Source: the human T2T-CHM13v2.0 reference genome, Homo sapiens
Reading direction: 5' to 3' (one strand)
NCBI RefSeq assembly: GCF_009914755.1
Contig: NC_060930.1
Length of the DNA stretch: 64,000 nt
This document shows, in pieces, positions 14,341 through 28,596 of this stretch (its first letter is position 1; each line of letters opens with the position of its first letter). A model generated the notes under the pieces. It saw nothing but the letters and a program-made list of their open reading frames with translations, had not been told where the DNA came from and made no database searches. Both the position numbers and the translations under genes were made by a program.

Positions 14341-14439
14341 TATTTGTAATATCTTATGTAGTAAACTCTTTTTAAGGCTGGCCCATTCTCTTCCTTCAGG
14401 TCTTCCCTTTTCTGATTACACTATCAAAGGTCCCCTCTC

Positions 14440-14754
14440 TTTTACTTTTTTTGTTTTTTTTTTTGAGACAGAGTCTTGCTCTTGCCACCCACCCAGGCTG
14501 GAGTGCAATGGCATGATCTCGGCTCACTGCAACCTCTCTGCCTCCCGGGTTCAAGCGATTCTCCTGCCTCAGCCTCCCAAGTAGCTGGGATTACAGGCAC
14601 CCGTCACCATGCCCGGCTAACTTTTTTTTGTATTTTTAGTAGAGAGAGGGTTTCGCCATGTTGGCCAGGCTGGTCTCAAACTCCTGACCTTGTGATCTGC
14701 CCGCCTCGGCTTCCCAAAGTGCTGGGATTATAGGCGTGAGCCACTGCACCCGGC
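14440..14754 (-). mobile_element. Alu
   Basis: Antisense Alu consensus. Confidence 0.9.
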
Positions 14755-15351
14755 CCCCTCTCTTACTTTATACCTGCAGTCTTTTATTTCCTTCTTAGGA
14801 CTTGAGCAATCTTTTGTCTATTTGGCACACAGTAGGAACTTTAAGCCTATTTGATATGTCTGAACCCAAAGCTGGCTTAATGAACAAGTAACAATAAGCA
14901 GACTGCTACTGAAATACAGAGGAATAAGGCTTAATAACCAGTACAAAAAAATCCTTAGACTTGATTTGAATTCTTCCAAGTTTGAATTTATTAACATTCC
15001 CTAAGAGATGCCTTCTCCAATCCCAAGTGTTTTCCTTTAAGGACTTGTCAACAGAAGCATTTAAAGTTTTTGTTAAGGAGTTTTGTTTGTTTGGTAGCAG
15101 AGGAAACACTTTGAAAAGGAAAAAAGAAAAATAAAGATTCCGGATGTTGAACTCTCCTTGAACATTAAAACTACAGTCAGTGTGGAAAAGGAAAAGTGGT
15201 AGACTGCACCAAACAAATGTGAATCTGTTTTCATCTAAACAATACCAAAAATGCCAAAATGCCACCCATCCTACCTAAATGTAGTTCAGAGTAGTTTCAA
15301 GAATTAGAGGGAACGTTATATGAAAGCGTTCTATCTATAAGAATAAGGAAT

Positions 15352-15656
15352 TGGCCAGGCACAGTGGCTCACGCCTGTAATCCCAGCACTTAGGGAGGCT
15401 GAGGTGGGTGGATCACCCCAGGTCAGGAGTTCGAGACCAGCCTGGCCAACATGGTAAAACCCCCATCTCTACTAAAAAATACAAAAATTAGCCAGGGGTG
15501 GTGGCACGTGCCTGTAATCTCAACTACTTGGGAGGCTGAGGCAAGAGAATCACTTGAACCCGGGAGGGTAGTGGAGGTTGCAGTGAGCTGGGATCACGCC
15601 ACTGCACTCCAGCCTGGGCAATAAGAGCAAAATTCCATCTCAAAAAAAAAAAAAAA
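15352..15656 (+). mobile_element. Alu
   Basis: Sense Alu with poly-A; TSD ataaggaatt. Confidence 0.92.
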
Positions 15657-16233
15657 GTATAAGGAATTAATAATTTATTCATCACTAATTAAAAAAAAAA
15701 GCTACGTTTTTAAATGTAGTTGGCGAAGATACAAACACAAGCAAAACAGACAGACTGTCCTAATGAAGCTTATGTTATAGTGAGGAGAGAGACAAAAGTT
15801 ATATGGTACAACCAAAAGGAAGAAAAATAAGGCAATAACAGGGACTTAGGTAATAGGAGAAAGCATCTCTGATGAGGTAAAATTTGAAAGAAAAGAGAGG
15901 CAAAAGATTTCTGGGGAAAGAGAAGTATAGGAAAATTTCAGTCTTATTTAGTCATGTTTTATTGTGCAATTAGTATTACTGGTATTTATGAACTGCTGCT
16001 ATAATTAATTTAGCACTTATTTGCCTCCAAAGAAATTATTACCTATTTCACGGATAATAAAGATTTATACCACAGCTAAGAACCCATGTAGTTGTATTAA
16101 AGGTTATTCAGCAAAAGACTTTGGTACTACTCATAAATGCAAGTCTAAGAAAATCTGACAATCGTTGGCTGCCAAGTAGAATTTCTATAATTTGCTGAAG
16201 AAGGAGTACGTTGGGAGGTATCATCTTGGTAAC

Positions 16234-16513
16234 TTTTTTTTTTGAGACGGAGTTTCGCTCTTGTTGCCCATGGCACTATCTTGGCTCACTGCAACCTGCA
16301 CCTCCTGGGTTCAAGCCATTCTCCTGCCTCAGCCTCCCGAGTAACTGGGACTACTGGTGCCTGCCACCACGCCTGGCTAATTTTTGTATTTTTAGTAGAG
16401 ACGGGGTTTCGCCATGTTGGCCAGGCTCTTCTCAAACTCCCGACCTCAGGTGATTTGCCTGCCTCAGTCTCCCAAAGTGCTGAGATTATAGGCATGAGCC
16501 ACCACACCTGGCC
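16234..16513 (-). mobile_element. Alu
   Basis: Antisense Alu with a small internal deletion; TSD atcttg(g/a)taactttt. Confidence 0.9.
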
Positions 16514-19500
16514 TAATCTTGATAACTTTTGTATTTATATAGTTTTATCTGTATACAGTCTTTGAGTGTTTTTTTCTGGACCACTTGTCTCCAAAACTGA
16601 TTATGCATCCCTCTCAGAGGAGGAAAAAATAGAGCACAGAGAAATTTGTGTATAGTTACATAAATTAGGTATATAAACCCTATTATACTGTATACACCAT
16701 AAAAACAAGCACTAAATATGTTTGGCCTCAAGATTAATTCAAAACAAAGCATAAACATGTCTAGATACAGTATTAAAAATGTGAGTGGTATAACTAGAGC
16801 CTAACACAGCTTAGCTGCTAATTATATTTAAGTAGAGAAAAATCACATCGTTTTAAGGCCCAGAAGGGATCTTAGTGACTATCTAATTAGCTGTATCATT
16901 TTACAGATTCTTGATGATCTTCTAGTGTATAAAGAAGGAACATGATTCAGAAGTATGTTTTTGGGAATTTGGAGGCATGGATCAATAGCTACAGTCAGAG
17001 AAGTAATAACTTCTCTTACTTTTCTTCAAAGGTTTAAGGATACCTAATCCATCAATGTCTGAAGGTTCCCTTGGGACCAACGTTTCAGTGACCTAAAGGG
17101 TTACCTGAAGATTACATAACGTGCAGAGAACAATATGTATATATTTAAAAGTTCTTTCATTAAGATGCAAACAGCCTCAGTGGCAGACATTCTGTGTGGC
17201 CAAGAGGCTCCGTGTGCCTAACAGCCCCAGGAAGCCTAAAGGTAGGATTCCTATGGTTATAGAATTTGCTACTTCCGTCCTTTTCTTTTTCACTCACTTT
17301 CTTCCTTCTACTTCCTTTACCAAGAAGTTAAAACCATCTAACCTAGGCTAGCAGATAATTCAGACCCTATTACTACAGATATAACCCATTCCCAATCCAA
17401 TCCATGTTATATACCTTAAAGTCACGATTCTTTGATACAGAAGCTCCTTTCCTTGCATTCTCTTCTCACAATAAAAAAAGAATTAGTATTGCTACTTTTG
17501 TAAGCTGACAAAACAATGTTCTCTGGTAATAAAAATATAAGTTTTTGGATGAGGTCAGCACACTATCACATATTAATAATTAGCATAATATAAACATTAA
17601 TAATCTCTGCAAAATATTTTAATTCCCTCCCACAAAAATTAAAAGAGTATGTGAAACATAAGCAACTAGGAACTCCACTTTAACAAACGAGTCACAGACA
17701 AAAGACAAAATAACCCACCAGAGATTTCCAAACTATCAGCTATTCACTTGTTGCTGGCCATCACGTAAGCAGGTGAATGGGCTACAATAAAGTATCATAT
17801 TAAGTCACAATCACAAGACAAATATTTCCACCCCACTTATCAAGCTTGCATCCTTTCCCGGGTACCCGTGCCTGCTCCCATTCCCACAACGAAGGTTATC
17901 ATAAATGGGCCCAGGACAAGAGCGCTGTTCAGAAACTGCTACTCAAGTGTACCCTCCTGGTTCTAGGGTTCCATTGTGGTGACAACAAATTACAAGCAGC
18001 TTACTTCCTCAGAGCCCATCACTACCAACACCAACTGACAGCTTCGAGAAGGACCTCAGTACCACTTTCCCTAACCAAAATTTTCCTCTTTACTCCAAGC
18101 CCTGACAAGGATAAATCTCTAAACTTTAGAAACAATGTAATTTTACAAATTAACTTATACGCAGGGTTACTTCCTTTCCAATTTGATCAGGGAATGCAGG
18201 GCAAGAATAACCCAAAATATGCAATGTAAATCATGTTGAAATTAAAATGTATTTCCATCTCCACCCCTCCACGATGGCATAATTTCAAATCAACTTATAT
18301 AATGCATATCTAGTCCTCTGAAAAATCATTTTTAAAAGTAGGGCTGTTATTATTCTGTCCTAGCTATCGCAGATCAATTTAGATTTGTTCTGTAAGATTT
18401 CAGATTTTCCCCAAATGACACAGGTGGTTATTTTATATGTATCAGTCATTAAAAGATTAATCCTTTTTAACTAAAAAGAGACAGTACGGTCATTTACAAG
18501 TTAAAGTAGATTTATTCTGAGCTGGTGCTCTGGGGTCTTACTTCTCTAAAATTTTGTGATTTACAATACACCACATGTAGGAAACAGCTTCCAAAATTTG
18601 TATTGCTTCCTACAAATCAGACAGGACTTTCAGGAGAAGGAGCCTAGGATAGATTCTCTGTTAAATTTTGGAATCCCTTCTCTCAAGAGTAACCTACTAT
18701 AAACTATTTACCAAGCCTTTGTGAAATCTGTATAACAGGTTACTACTCCATTGAGCAAGAAAACACAGGAAACAGGATTCGAAGATTTAATGTTACTGCT
18801 CATACTCCAAATTATAGAATGCTTAAGATAATTAAATTATCTGACTTTTATAATTCACTACACGGTGACCTCAAATTTACCTCATTAGAATATTTAGTAC
18901 TTCTGCACTTCTCCCACTTCTCAAAGTTTTCCCATACCAGGATTCCCCACCACCTAGGAACAGCCTTTGCAAGATACCAATGCTCTCTAAATCCCCAAAG
19001 CAGGGTCTATTTCCTGATCGAACAAAGAGCAACAAAGAAGTGGGTGGTAACCACCTCTCTGAGGCAAGCCAGGACCCATGGAGTCTGATCTACAACACAA
19101 GCAGTAGCAGTTCCACATCTCCCTACCACCTCTTATTTCCTACGAAGTCTTTCTGCCTGAAACTGGAAAACCCGAACTATTATTGAGGAAGTGAAGCCCT
19201 TCCATTTGAATCCTGAGAAAGACGCGCTCAAAGAACCCAGCGAACAAAGGAGAGGGTTGGAGCCCACGCAAAACATGGGTGTGATAAAGCCACACGCGAC
19301 CTGAGCCCCCACCCTCAGTAACTACTCTCCAGCGCCCACCGGGAGGAGGGGTCCGGGGAAAGGGTAAGCCGAGGAAGGAGAAGACGCTCCGGCCAGACCG
19401 AACGCAGGGTAGGGGAGGCGAGCAGGCGAGGAGGAGGGAAGGGGACGGGAGGGGCGGAGCTCTCGCGGCCGCGGGGCTTTGTGTAGAGTCAAGGCCGGGA

Positions 19501-19941
19501 TACAAATTTTGCCTCGCGGGGGACGGGTCGAGGGGGTAGGAGGCCGACGCGGGGCACCCCAAACCTGCGTTGCCACGAATGGTGGGCGGGAGAAGGGAGA
19601 GAATGGGCCGCCCCCTTCGCCGCCGCCACCACCAAGGCGGGGTAGGCCGGCGCCGTCCCCAGCGGCGGCCACCTTCGAGGCTGCGGACTGCACGGCCGAA
19701 GGGGGAGAGGCAGGAGACAAGACGGGCGGGCCCCCTGATTCCCGCCCGCAGGAACCGCGGGGGCTGCGCCAGGAAGAGGGTCTCGTTCTAACTGTGCCGG
19801 GCCGGGAACGGGTTAAGATGCGGCCAAATGTCGGTCCCTCCTCCTTCCCACCCCTCAGCCCCGGCGCCCACTCGCGACGGCAGCCGCGGAACCCAGCGCC
19901 CGGCCCCGCGCGCCCACCCCGACACCGGCCCGGCCGCTCAC

Positions 19942-19993
19942 CGTCGTAGTAGTAGCAGACTTTTTTTTTGCCGCCTCCTTGACTGTACGCCAT
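19942..19993 (-). CDS. HDAC2: HDAC2 coding exon 1 (MAYSQGGGKKKVCYYYD-G), 52 nt
   Basis: ATG = complement of cat 19991-19993 in Kozak-like context (CCC ATG G). Translation matches the HDAC2 N-terminus. Donor GACG|GTGAG (ctcac 19937-19941). Confidence 0.98.
19961..19969 (-). repeat. Coding A9 microsatellite (KKK codons) in HDAC2 exon 1
   Basis: Nine consecutive t on + strand inside the exon 1 CDS. Confidence 0.95.
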
Positions 19994-20030
19994 GGGCTCC
20001 CCGGCCACCGCCGCCACCGGGCTCCTCCTC

Positions 20031-20054
20031 CTGCTGCTGCTGCTGCTGCTGCTG
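20031..20054 (-). repeat. (CAG)8 repeat in HDAC2 5' leader
   Basis: (ctg)8 on + strand; on the minus strand it is flanked by CGG and GAG triplets. Confidence 0.95.
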
Positions 20055-23000
20055 CCGCCGCGGCTCGGCCGGGAGAGAAAAGGGCTGAGGGAAACGTGGG
20101 GGCGATAGTCCCGCGGGGAAGGGCAGGCCGGTGGGAGGAGAGGAGGGGGCGCCGGGAAGGCTCGGTACCACCCGGCAGAGGTGCCGAAAGCTCGGAATCG
20201 GAGGTGGCAGCGGCACCAACTCGCGAGGAGGGGGCCACCAAACCACCTCAGGAGGCCGCAGGGAGGTGAGCGCATCCACTGCGGCCTCCACGGGGGAGGA
20301 AGGGGCACGGCTGGAGAAGGAGGCCGTTTCGGGCTCGAGGTTAGAGGCCCTGTTAGGGTGAACAACCTGCGCAAGGCGGCGCCATACACAGTGTTAAAAT
20401 GAGGAAGAAGACAAGCTTTCGCTGCGCAAGTAGATCCAGGGAGCGTGCAGCCGGGTGGACGTTCTCCCCCTCAGGTCTGCGCGCAGTGGTTGCGCCTGTC
20501 CCCGAGCCTGCGCAGTCGGCGCCTCGTAGCCTTGGCGGTCTGGACCCCTCCTCGGCGTCCCACGCTGCTCCCCTCCCCCACTGTCGCGAAGCTCCCGCCC
20601 AAGCCGACCACGTGCCGCGAGCCCGGCGGGGAGAGCCCACTCCCGCGCCCCTTCCGGGCCCACTACCCCGCCGGGCTGTGGCCCATCGCCCCAGTGCCTG
20701 GTAGCCTAGTTTTCTCGTTTGTCGTTTGTTCACTTATTTATTATTATTATTATTATTTTGACTCGTAATGGGTATGAGGTGTAAGGGGGCCTATTACGGA
20801 TGTTAAGGGGAGAGGGCACCGCTCGGGTTTTAATAAGCATCTGTGGAGCTCATTTATAAGGTACAGTTCTAAGCACTTGCATTTATAATATATTCCATTG
20901 ATAATCTATTTATAATATTTAATCTCATTTAAGACTCTCAACAACTCTAGGAGGTAAGTGGCAATTGTACTCCTTCTTTATAGGTGGAGGCAGATTAAGG
21001 AACTTGTTCTTACTGCTAACTGATAAGTCTGGAGGTTTGAACTCATTCTGCAAACTCCACGCACCCTAGCTGTTCCACTCTGCAGCAATGCTGCTGGCTA
21101 GACACTGGAAGATTGGAGCAGAAAGACTTTCGAAACTCTTGGAGGTTATGAATACAAGTGTTCCTCTGTTAAATAAATCCACATTTATCAAGTACCTACC
21201 TTAAGCCAGCCACCTTGCAGGTGAGGGCTGGAGGCTAACAGCCTGTTTTATAGCACCCAATCCCAGTTATATAAAATTGCTATCCCTACCCCCCAAATAC
21301 ACCCCTATTAAAAAAAAAAAAAGGCTGTATTGATGCTGGAATTTAAGAGCCACTACCAAAAATACCCCTTTTAATTTGCTGTTTGACTTCAAAATCCCGA
21401 AAGTGTTCATGCTTAAAGCAGCAATTTTCCCCAACCTCACCCCCAAGAGATTTAGAAAAAGTTAAGTCCAGGGTGGCCCCTGCCCTCCCTCCGCCCCCTC
21501 CTCTGTATTTTTAACAAGACCCCAGGTGACTGATGAAGTTGCTAGAGAAATTACGGTGAGTGAAACACTGGCCTAGAGGTAAAGTTAATTGACCTTCTAA
21601 GTTGTGCTCTATCAAGTACAAAATCAACTTGGAAGATTCTGAGAACAGAATAAGTGAATTTAGTAGAAGTGAATGTTCTTCCCCAGGGCCAACACAATGA
21701 AGTCTGAAATGACACTTTGTTTCTTTTGGGAAGACTTCCCTGACCCCTCTCCCGCCAAGACTGTTCTCCATGCCATGTACGTTGTATGCTGTAGCTCAAC
21801 ACTTAACCATGTTGCAGTTGCCCACAACTCGTCTGAATGTCCCACTATGAATGGAGTGTCATAAATGAAGGGACCAGGTTTATCTTGCATGTAATAGTTT
21901 CTCTAGTGCCTGTGACTTAGGGCAAGTCACTTAAACGTTTTTTGAATTGCCTTATCTGTAAAATGGGGCAGTATTACTTGGAGAGTAATATTCAGAATCT
22001 CAAATAAGAAAATTAATATGGAATACTTTTAAAAAATGAAGAATTATGTGAATAAGGGATTATTAGGATTACTATAATAACAGTGACAATTACTAAATTA
22101 CTGTTTGCACCCACAGCACCTAACATTGAACTTGTGAGAAGAGCCTGGACATATCTTTTGACTAGCTGAGAAACGTATTTATTATTTAATAATTTTAAAC
22201 CAATAGAAGCAAGTTACATTACCTTTAGAAACTGGTGTGGGAGGAGTTTTATCCCATGATAGGAGTTGGCCAAGAGAATTCTGTCTATAATCTCTACTAT
22301 GTTAGCAGAGCTAAAAGTGGCATCAGTTATTGAAACCCATTGACAAGCTCCAGATTTCATTGACCACATTCTAACTCTGCTGTATCAAACCCTTTTAAAT
22401 ATGGAGTTTTAGACAGTGCAGTAAAAGGAAACCAGCTGAAAGCATGGATAATTCATAGGATGCGTGCATAGTTAAGGACTGTCTTTTTCCTTAAATTGTT
22501 CTTCTTTAGTTTCTGCTCCATCTATAGGTGCTTATTTTTTCAATCTCGAAGATATTTAGTGCTTTGAAATTGTTCAGTAAAATGATCTCTTAAACAGAAA
22601 TGATTATTTAAGAATAGGACTGCTAAGAAACTGATGGCCTCAGCTTATGCTAAAAATTAAACCCTGCTGACAACTGCAGCAGATAGTTTAATTTCTATAA
22701 GAGAATTATTCATATAAGCTTATTTCTACTGTAAGGAAATTTAGGTTTCTTAGTGCTAATTTTGTGTAGTAATTCCATACGGCGATACAGAAGGTAGAGA
22801 AGTACAGTGGCACACTACAGTGTTGTCGTAAACTCACACAGCCTCAAGCTGAATTCTGATCTTGTAAGCATGGTGCCTATCTTTACACAGTACTACAAGC
22901 TATAACTTATAAACCTGAATAGCAACATCTAACAATGAGAGATTATAGTACTTTTGAACTGTGCATTTGTGTAACAAAATTTCAAATTACCCATTTACAT

Positions 23001-23266
23001 TAAAAATATATTTTTGAACTATAGCTTATCTACTCAATTACTGTTACACTAAACCTTTCAAATCATTCCTGTTACATTATTAACTGATTAATGCTTTGCT
23101 GATGACCTTCAAAACACAGTATCACTTTGATCTAATCCACCTACTTGCTCAAATTTTCTAATTTTTATACTCACACTGCATCTGAGAAAATTAACTTGTT
23201 AGTGTCTCCTGATCACCTTACATGTATATCTTAATTCTTCCTCTTTCCTATCTTAGTGTTTTGGGT

Positions 23267-23604
<338 letters not shown>

Positions 23605-24162
23605 CTCCTATCCTAGTGTTTTTAACCTTCCTTAAAATCTAGTCACCATTCTTCTCCACCTACCACCAGAACTGTACAGATGGAGGTGGCGTATGCATGT
23701 TGTGACCATGGGGTGGAAAGCCACATGACAAGAATAGTGGAGCAGACGGATAGGGACCCGGGTCCCTGATGACCTTGTATGTAGCCGTTCCAGACCTGGA
23801 CTGTGCACTTCTGGACTCTGGTGACATGCAGGGAAAAAAAAATGAAACAAACAAAAAAACACGTTTAGGTAAACCACTGTAGTTGTGATTTTGTTATATG
23901 TAGCTGAATATAATCCTAACTCATGCAAAATCTGAATTAGAAGTTAGTGGTTTCTCATAATTTCTCCCAACTACAGGCTTCCCTTGGGAGACAATTTTCT
24001 GGGTTTCTGAATATCTTGAGAACAGAGGTGCTGGCTTTGTCTGAAACTATCTTTTCAGTGATGTTTTTGTAGTGAACAGCGTTCCAAGATAGAGAAAATG
24101 ACTCCTTCTGGAGCAAAGAACAAGCATGATTACTACCCATTATAAAAAAATCAGGTTCTCTA

Positions 24163-24235
24163 AGTACTATACTGTACTTTACTGTACTATACTATACTAC
24201 ACTACACTACACTACACTACACTACACTACACTAT
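24163..24235. repeat. Pentanucleotide repeat (TACTG/TACTA/TACAC-type)
   Basis: actatactac actacactac actacactac ... Confidence 0.9.
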
Positions 24236-24239
24236 GCTG

Positions 24240-25897
<1,658 letters not shown>

Positions 25898-25904
25898 GAC
25901 AAAA

Positions 25905-26125
25905 GGTAGTCATCCCTCCCTCAGTAAACATGAAGGCTTGGTTCTAGAACCTGCTGCATATATCAAAATCCATGCATACTCAAGTCCCACTGTTGATCCT
26001 GTGGAACCCGAGTGTAAAAAAAGCTGGCCCTCCATATACATGGGTTTTACATCCGGGGAATGCTGCATTTGGTTGAAATGGAATCCCACATGGTTCAAAC
26101 CTGTTTTGTTCAAGGGTCAACTGTA
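25905..26125. mobile_element. MER8/Tigger2-like MITE
   Basis: Ends in gttcaagggtcaactgta (Tigger2-type TIR). Confidence 0.6.
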
Positions 26126-26174
26126 ATGCCAAAGCATTGTAAGCAATGAGAATTTTTTTATACTATAAACCCAC

Positions 26175-26239
26175 AGAATCTAGGAGTCATCCTAATTTGG
26201 ATGAATGAAATATTCAAATTAGGATGACTCCTAGATTCT
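26175..26239. repeat. Perfect inverted repeat, 25-bp arms, 15-nt spacer
   Basis: agaatctaggagtcatcctaatttg (26175-26199) / caaattaggatgactcctagattct (26215-26239). Confidence 0.95.
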
Positions 26240-27387
26240 TTCTGATCATAGGTGGAAAACAGAAAATTCCTAGGAAATTTTACATATGTTTTGGATAGTT
26301 TAATTGGAAAACTCCATCAGATTGATAGTGGTCCTGTTTCTCTGGAGAACCCTGACTAATGCAACCATAGTAAAAGGATCAGTACTATGTCACTTAAGAA
26401 TAAGCTGAGGGCTGCATAACTGCAATCTGGTACACTGCAGCTCTCCCATCTTAAAAAGTTTCTTTCAACTATTACACTATAGAAACTAAAGAAGGAAATA
26501 ACTGAAAAGGTCACTTAATTTTTGTATTTTGCTGAGTTTTCCTTTACAATATATTTCCAAGTACTTCAAAAGTACTTATAGCAGGCAATAAAGATTTTTG
26601 CTCTTCCCAATAGAAAATTATTCAGTATGTTTATAATAAACCAGAATTTAGCTTAACTCATTTTACTCTATTAAACAAAAATTTTCCATTTAATTGTTTC
26701 CTTTATTACTACTCACGGCTTTCCATTACAATATACTTGCAAATGCACATTGGCTAGGTAGAGGGTTGAAGCAAGGTTAATTGGATAATTTTACTTTTAT
26801 TTCTTCATTTTATTATCTTAAAATTTTAGGATAATAGGTATTCCCTAAAATTGTAGATTCCCCATAAGTTAATTTGTAAATTAAAATTTGGTATATTAAA
26901 ATTATATTTTAAATCATTTAGAGACTACCCTTGATGGAATTTTATGACTTTAGAAGTATTTTCCCTAAGTTCTTTTTCGGTGCCCAGCAAAATTCTGATG
27001 AGTTTTTCTTTCTTTCCTCCCTCCTTACATGCCTTTTCTTTTTTTTTTTTTTCCAAGAACTATCTATACTTTCAAGATTATTTTGTTAACAACATAGATG
27101 AGATCCTAGGATGGTTTCTGTAGTAAGAATTTTGTGAATTTTATGAATTTTAATCGCTAAAAATTTTACTGGGAAAAAAAATGTTGAGCCCTACATGTAA
27201 TAAAATTACTCTGTTTTTTGAATGTTTAATGACAACTTTATACTTTTCTGATTAATGTTCATAGTCAAAATGTTATACAAAAGAACTGTGCTATTAATAA
27301 TGATTGTAACATAAATGATGTAGGGAAGTCTCTCTTGGCAGACTGATCACTTCCCTTTTATACTGTTTCTACCTTATCATTTCTGAA

Positions 27388-27570
27388 ACAGGAGTTTTCA
27401 TGCTTCATTGTATATAAAAATCCCCTGGGAATTGATTGAAAATGCCAGTTCCTTGGCCTACCTTCTATTATTTCTGAATTGGAAGTTCTGGACTGAGACG
27501 CGGGGAGTCTGCATTTTAACAAGCTTCTCAAAGTGATTCTGATATAGATGAGCCAAGATCCACTTACTGA
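27388..27570. mobile_element. MER5-like MITE
   Basis: aaatcccctggga...tctgcattttaacaagcttctcaaagtgattctgat. Confidence 0.55.
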
Positions 27571-27769
27571 CTAATGCATAGTATCTAAACTTGACTAATG
27601 CTTGGTATCCAAACATTTTCTGCACGTCAGTGTAGCACACTTAGATTTTTACCTAAAGTTTTCTTATAAATTGAATCATTTAGCTCATGTTAACTGGGTA
27701 AGTTAGTGGGGCCTGACTTCTGCCTTTTGCCACTAGGCACCATGATAGTTTGGAATGGATTAGTATTTG

Positions 27770-28088
27770 TTTATTTTTATTTTTTATTTATTTATTTATT
27801 ATTTTTTGAGATGGAGTTTTGCTCTGTCACCCAGGTTGGAGTGCAGTGGCATGGTCTCAGCTCACTGCAACATCTGCCTCCTGGGTTCAAACAATTCTCT
27901 TGCCTCAGCCTCTGGGTAGCTGGGACTACAGGCATGCACCACCACACCCAGCTAATTTTTGTATTTTTAGTAGAGACAGGGTTTTACCATGTTGCCCAGG
28001 CTGGTCCCAAGCTCCTGACCTCAGGTGATCTGCCCGCCTCGGCCTCCCAGAGTGCTGGGATTACAGGCGTGAGCCAACGCACTTGGCC
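27770..28088 (-). mobile_element. Alu
   Basis: Antisense Alu; TSD ggaatggattagtatttgt. Confidence 0.92.
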
Positions 28089-28247
28089 AGGAATGGATTA
28101 GTATTTGTAACTAGGGTTGAATGCATAAAACTTTGAGTTGTATAGAATTTGATTTTTGTTTTATATGTCATTTAATAGAAAATAAGAAAATACAGACAAA
28201 AAGGAAAAAAATTTATCATGCATCTCTCTTCCCAGCCCTTAATATCA

Positions 28248-28596
<349 letters not shown>

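Larger units (their letters stand above)
19200..20720. promoter_or_regulatory. HDAC2: CpG island: HDAC2 promoter, 5' UTR, exon 1 and start of intron 1
   Basis: Abrupt switch from AT-rich to very GC/CpG-dense sequence, TATA-less. GC box ggggcggag 19451-19459, palindrome ctgcgcgcag 20477-20486, E-box cacgtg 20609-20614, TCGCGA cores near 20221 and 20584. Confidence 0.93.

Noticed and set aside
19322-20389. 355-aa ORF as a single-exon gene
   Set aside because: GTG start in a GC-rich island. Only 19942-19993 (plus a possible extension) is HDAC2; the rest reads through the splice donor into intron 1.
19140-20768. Many overlapping Pro/Arg/Gly-rich ORFs, including the polyQ frame 19938-20291
   Set aside because: Stop-codon depletion in a CpG island, mostly non-ATG starts, no recognisable domains.
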